DNA of 64,000 nucleotides from Eledone cirrhosa (taxonomy: Eukaryota). Each line of letters starts with the position of its first letter. Within the stretch, counting starts at the first letter, position 1. The position numbers and the translations under genes were made by a program. The DNA lies in contig OZ024747.1 in assembly GCA_964016885.1 (NCBI GenBank), positions 45,322,001-45,386,000 of the forward strand, in the 5' to 3' direction. This document shows positions 61,883-64,000 of this stretch, in pieces. The notes beneath the pieces are model-generated. The model had not been told where the DNA came from, made no database searches, and saw nothing but the letters and a program-made list of their open reading frames with translations.

Positions 61883-63314
61883 TTACAGTCCTCGTTGGAA
61901 CATAGTGTGACATGGCCAACTCTGGCCAGACTTGCCTCCCAGCGTGAATGACCAGGCTAACCCATGCAAGCATAGGATGCTAAACGGTGATGATGGTAAT
62001 TATCAATAGAGGGATAATAATTTGAAAAAGAACAACATTTGAAAGTACCAAATTTCTGTTGGGTTATCTCAAACTGTATGTTTAGAGAAATAAGATTTAA
62101 GGAAATTAGGGCTGGACACTTTATACCTATAGAGCAGTGAATATAACCCGAGACTAATATTGCCACAATGGAAGTATAAAGAATCGTAATTGTAACATTA
62201 TTCTGGTAGTTATCTGTATTATAACTGCTTCTATAGGCTTTTAATAATTATTGTGTGCTTTAGCATAGAATAAAACGTGAGGCCTATTTAATTCAATAGT
62301 AAGGAAATGCAAAATTATTAGAAGGTGTATGGTAGTAGATTACAGTGACTGAAATATACTACAGGAGTTTTCTGGTAGAGCAGTTTATGAAATTTGTAAT
62401 AGAAGGAAAACTTGTCTAAGGAAGATACTCACTACAAGAAAGGAGAACTATAGAATAATTGGACTAATCCGGATTTGTTATGGGGATTAATTCAGGCAAC
62501 GCCAAATGCAACTTGCTCTGAGGCATTCATTGCCTGATTAAAGTCCCCATAGAAAAACTGATTTGAGCAAACGAGATGTTTAAATCCACCCTCTAATCTA
62601 CAGTTCTCTATCTCTGCAATGAATATCTTTAGAAAGCCCAGATGGAGTGACTAGAACAACATCAAAACAAAGAGGAGAAACAGGGGGATATAATAGCCAT
62701 TGTGAATGTCTCAGAATGTGTGACGAAAGAGATTTAACAATTAGACAATAGGGTAACTAAACAAACTGAGAAGTGGATTAGCCATTTCAAACAGTAAAAA
62801 TATCCCTCCAAAGAGCACGATACTTTAAATATTAAAATACCTTTGAAATATTGAAATAAGAGTAGAAATATGAAAATGAAAATAAACAATTCCATATACT
62901 CGTAGGAGTACTGAGGTACAAATAGCTATGATTGAGTTGTACAAACAACTATGATTGAGAACTTTTTTCCGTGTAAAAATAATATTGACAAACCTAAAGA
63001 TATAAATGTAACAAAACACATCAATAATACAAAGAAGATGAAAGAATATTTAGAGAACCTACTAATATATATAACGGTAAATAATTAAAATTTAATGACA
63101 ATCTTAATCTTATATATCAAAAAGTGTAACGATAACACGAGAAAAAAATATAGTTATGTGGGAAAATATAATTTCGAAAGCAAAGTGTTTATATGTGAAG
63201 GTAAAAGCACTGATTAATTTATAAATTTTACTTCCCTCGGGCAAAGATTACAAATTTCCATTATCGTAAAACCCGATTCGTATACCTTTTCTACTTCTTC
63301 ACTGACTTAGTGCC

Positions 63315-63605
63315 GTGAGGGCAGAGTCCTCAAACCCAACTTCCAGAGGGTCTTATCAGAAGCAACCGTCTCTGACTGATCCAGCTGGATCACTAAATGA
63401 GACCAACCGAGCTTATGCATGTTATCCAACCATTTTTCTCAAAGTCTACCCCTGGGTCTTCCGCCGACTGATTGTGTCCATAAAATCTGTTCAGTGATTC
63501 TTTCCTTTGACATTCTAATTACATGTCCGTAGAATCGGAGCTGTGATCTCTCGATTCGGTGAAGTAGCAGCTCTCATTGGAATGATTGCCTCATCTCTGA
63601 GCTAT
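63315..63605 (-). mobile_element. RTE LINE (Expander/Rex3-like) 3' fragment
   Basis: Homologous to 44165-44440 and 48075-48350 (LLLHRIERSQLRFYGHVIRMSKE..RRKTQG.). Confidence 0.75.
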
Positions 63606-63635
63606 ATACAACTAATCAATTTTAGTTGCCAAAAT

Positions 63636-63685
63636 TAGGGTGCGACCTCGAGGGCGAAGCATCTTCGACGCCGGGAAATGCGGTA
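63636..63685. mobile_element. Possible Tc1/mariner (pogo/Tc2-like) TIR remnant
   Basis: Reverse complement TACCGCATTTCCCGGCGTCGAAGATGC resembles TA-CCGTATTT..CG..TAAGACGC termini. Only one end seen. Confidence 0.3.
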
Positions 63686-64000
63686 CTTTTGGAACGTTAG
63701 GGCGTCACACCCACAGAGAAAATACGAAGAAAATATACATGTACCACTATTTTTTGACTCAATCATATTTTAATATAACCTTTTCTGCAGTAAATTTGAA
63801 ACATTTCGAAAAAATTATCCACTATCAAAATGATAGGAAACCATTGCTATTGCTATTTTCCGCTAAGACTTAAGGTGGCCAGTAAGTTTTCCTTCGAATT
63901 GCTCTGTTGTATCACTTGTCCCTTCCATTTCGCCAAACCTACATTAACAAAGATCAGAAAAGTAGAAAAAAAGTGACATGAAAAAAGAATGAAACTATGT

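Overview
AT-rich animal genomic DNA with no convincing host protein-coding gene. It is most likely from a coleoid cephalopod such as Octopus; this is inferred from the 5S rRNA sequence, the tRNA-SINE/RTE repertoire and the very high (TA)n/(TACA)n microsatellite density. The window is a patchwork of decayed retroelements: RTE LINEs of at least three families (one with a PHD-type finger inside the RT), CR1-like LINEs, an L1/Tx1 fragment, three tRNA-derived SINE families, and hAT- and piggyBac-type MITEs. It also holds many Penelope-like (PLE) pieces inserted in TA microsatellites. Main signals: (1) at least 7 type-I hammerhead ribozyme motifs, several inside large fold-back inverted repeats, including a family with a variant CAGAAGA core and one with a ~90-nt stem II; (2) a full-length 5S rRNA copy fused to a tRNA-SINE and inserted as one unit with a target-site duplication inside an RTE ORF; (3) two ~520-bp non-coding units with terminal direct repeats that resemble retrozymes; (4) a bipartite non-autonomous RTE that keeps a C2H2 finger; (5) an RTE with twin-priming-type inversion geometry. 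All long ORFs in the track made of Y/I/M/C/V/H/T are microsatellite artefacts. Family names come from motif recognition by eye, not from database searches.
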